A DNA stretch of 63,359 bases, the filler included, from Chiloscyllium plagiosum (lineage: Eukaryota), in NCBI RefSeq assembly GCF_004010195.1. It is 5 parts of one record of this genome, joined end to end, with 100 filler letters (N's around TTAATTAATTAA, not from the genome) between each part and the next. Parts side by side here need not be neighbours in the genome. Positions count along the whole stretch, not along the records: positions 59,804 to 63,359 come from NC_057711.1; 4 more parts are not named here. One strand, given 5' to 3'. Positions 62,650-63,359 of the stretch are shown here, piece by piece. A model generated the notes under the pieces. That model was given only the letters and a program-made list of their open reading frames with translations, was not told where the DNA came from and ran no database searches. Both the position numbers and the translations under genes were made by a program. The first letter of the stretch is position 1. The number at the start of each line of letters is the position of its first letter.

Positions 62650-63359
62650 ACACTGTTTAAGAAAGGTGGTAAAACAAGCCAGGGAACTATAGACCAGTGA
62701 GCCTGACGTCGGTGGTGGGCAAGTTGTTGGAGGGAATCCTGAGGGACAGGATGTACATGTATTTGGAAAGGCAAGGACTGATTAGGGATAGTCAGCATGG
62801 CTTTGTGTGTGGGAAATCATGTCTCACAAAAAATTGAGTTTTTTGAAGAAGTGACAAAGAGGATTGATGAGGGCAGAGTGGTAGATGTGATCTATATGGA
62901 CTTCAGTAAGGCGTGCGATAAGGTTTCCCATAGGAGACTGGTTAGCAAAGTTAGATCTCACAGAATACAGGGAGAACTAGCCATTTGGATTCAGAACTGG
63001 CTCAAATGTAGACGACAGAGGGTGGTGGTGGAGGGTTGTTTTTCAGACTGGAGGCCTGTGACCAGTGGAGTGCCACAAGGATCAGTGCTGGGTCCACTAC
63101 TTTTCCTCATTCATATAAATGATTTGGATGGGAGCATAAGAGGTACAGTTAGTAAGTTTGCAGAAGACACCAAAATTGGAGGTATAGTGGATAGTGAAGA
63201 AGGTTACCTCAGATTACAACGGGATCTGGACCAGATGGGCCAATGGGTTGAGAAGTGGCAGATGGAGTTTAATTTAGCTAAATGCAAGGTGCTGCATTTT
63301 GGGAAAGCAAATCTTAGCAGGACTTATACACTTAATGGTAAGGTCCTGGGGTGTGTTGC
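62650..63359 (+). mobile_element. CR1 LINE RT region, continuing beyond the window
   Basis: [50 protein letters not shown] and WQMEFN. Near-identical family to 39758-41912. Confidence 0.93.

Noticed and set aside
1..63359. A prokaryote-type novel system (defence island, retron, operon)
   Set aside because: There are no long intact ORFs or operon structure. All RT and nuclease motifs belong to degraded eukaryotic transposable elements.

Overview
This is vertebrate genomic DNA, almost certainly from a cartilaginous fish (shark): it carries HE1/V-SINEs and CR1 (HER1-type) LINEs. The window lies inside a very large gene. The only host coding sequence I can support is one 177-bp, phase 1-1 exon of SVEP1 (polydom) at 33995-34171 (+). 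The rest is repeat-rich intron: a decayed full-length Gypsy LTR retrotransposon (5695-11504, with both LTRs, PBS, PPT and two nested insertions), two related solo LTRs, a Harbinger remnant, many CR1/L2/RTE LINE fragments and three SINE families. It also holds more than 15 Penelope-like element (PLE) insertions with 10-16 bp target-site duplications (TSDs) and inverted-repeat architecture. The most interesting signal is that PLE ends of three sequence families carry minimal type-I hammerhead ribozyme motifs (CUGANGA-stem II-GAAA-palindrome-UH). Stem II shows compensatory changes, and one insertion has a junction exactly at the predicted self-cleavage site. PLE hammerheads are a known class, so I do not claim a new system. 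There are five assembly gaps, four of which contain an artificial TTAATTAATTAA spacer. Most ORFs in the supplied track are spurious or derived from transposable elements. Boundaries of old repeats are approximate, read by eye.
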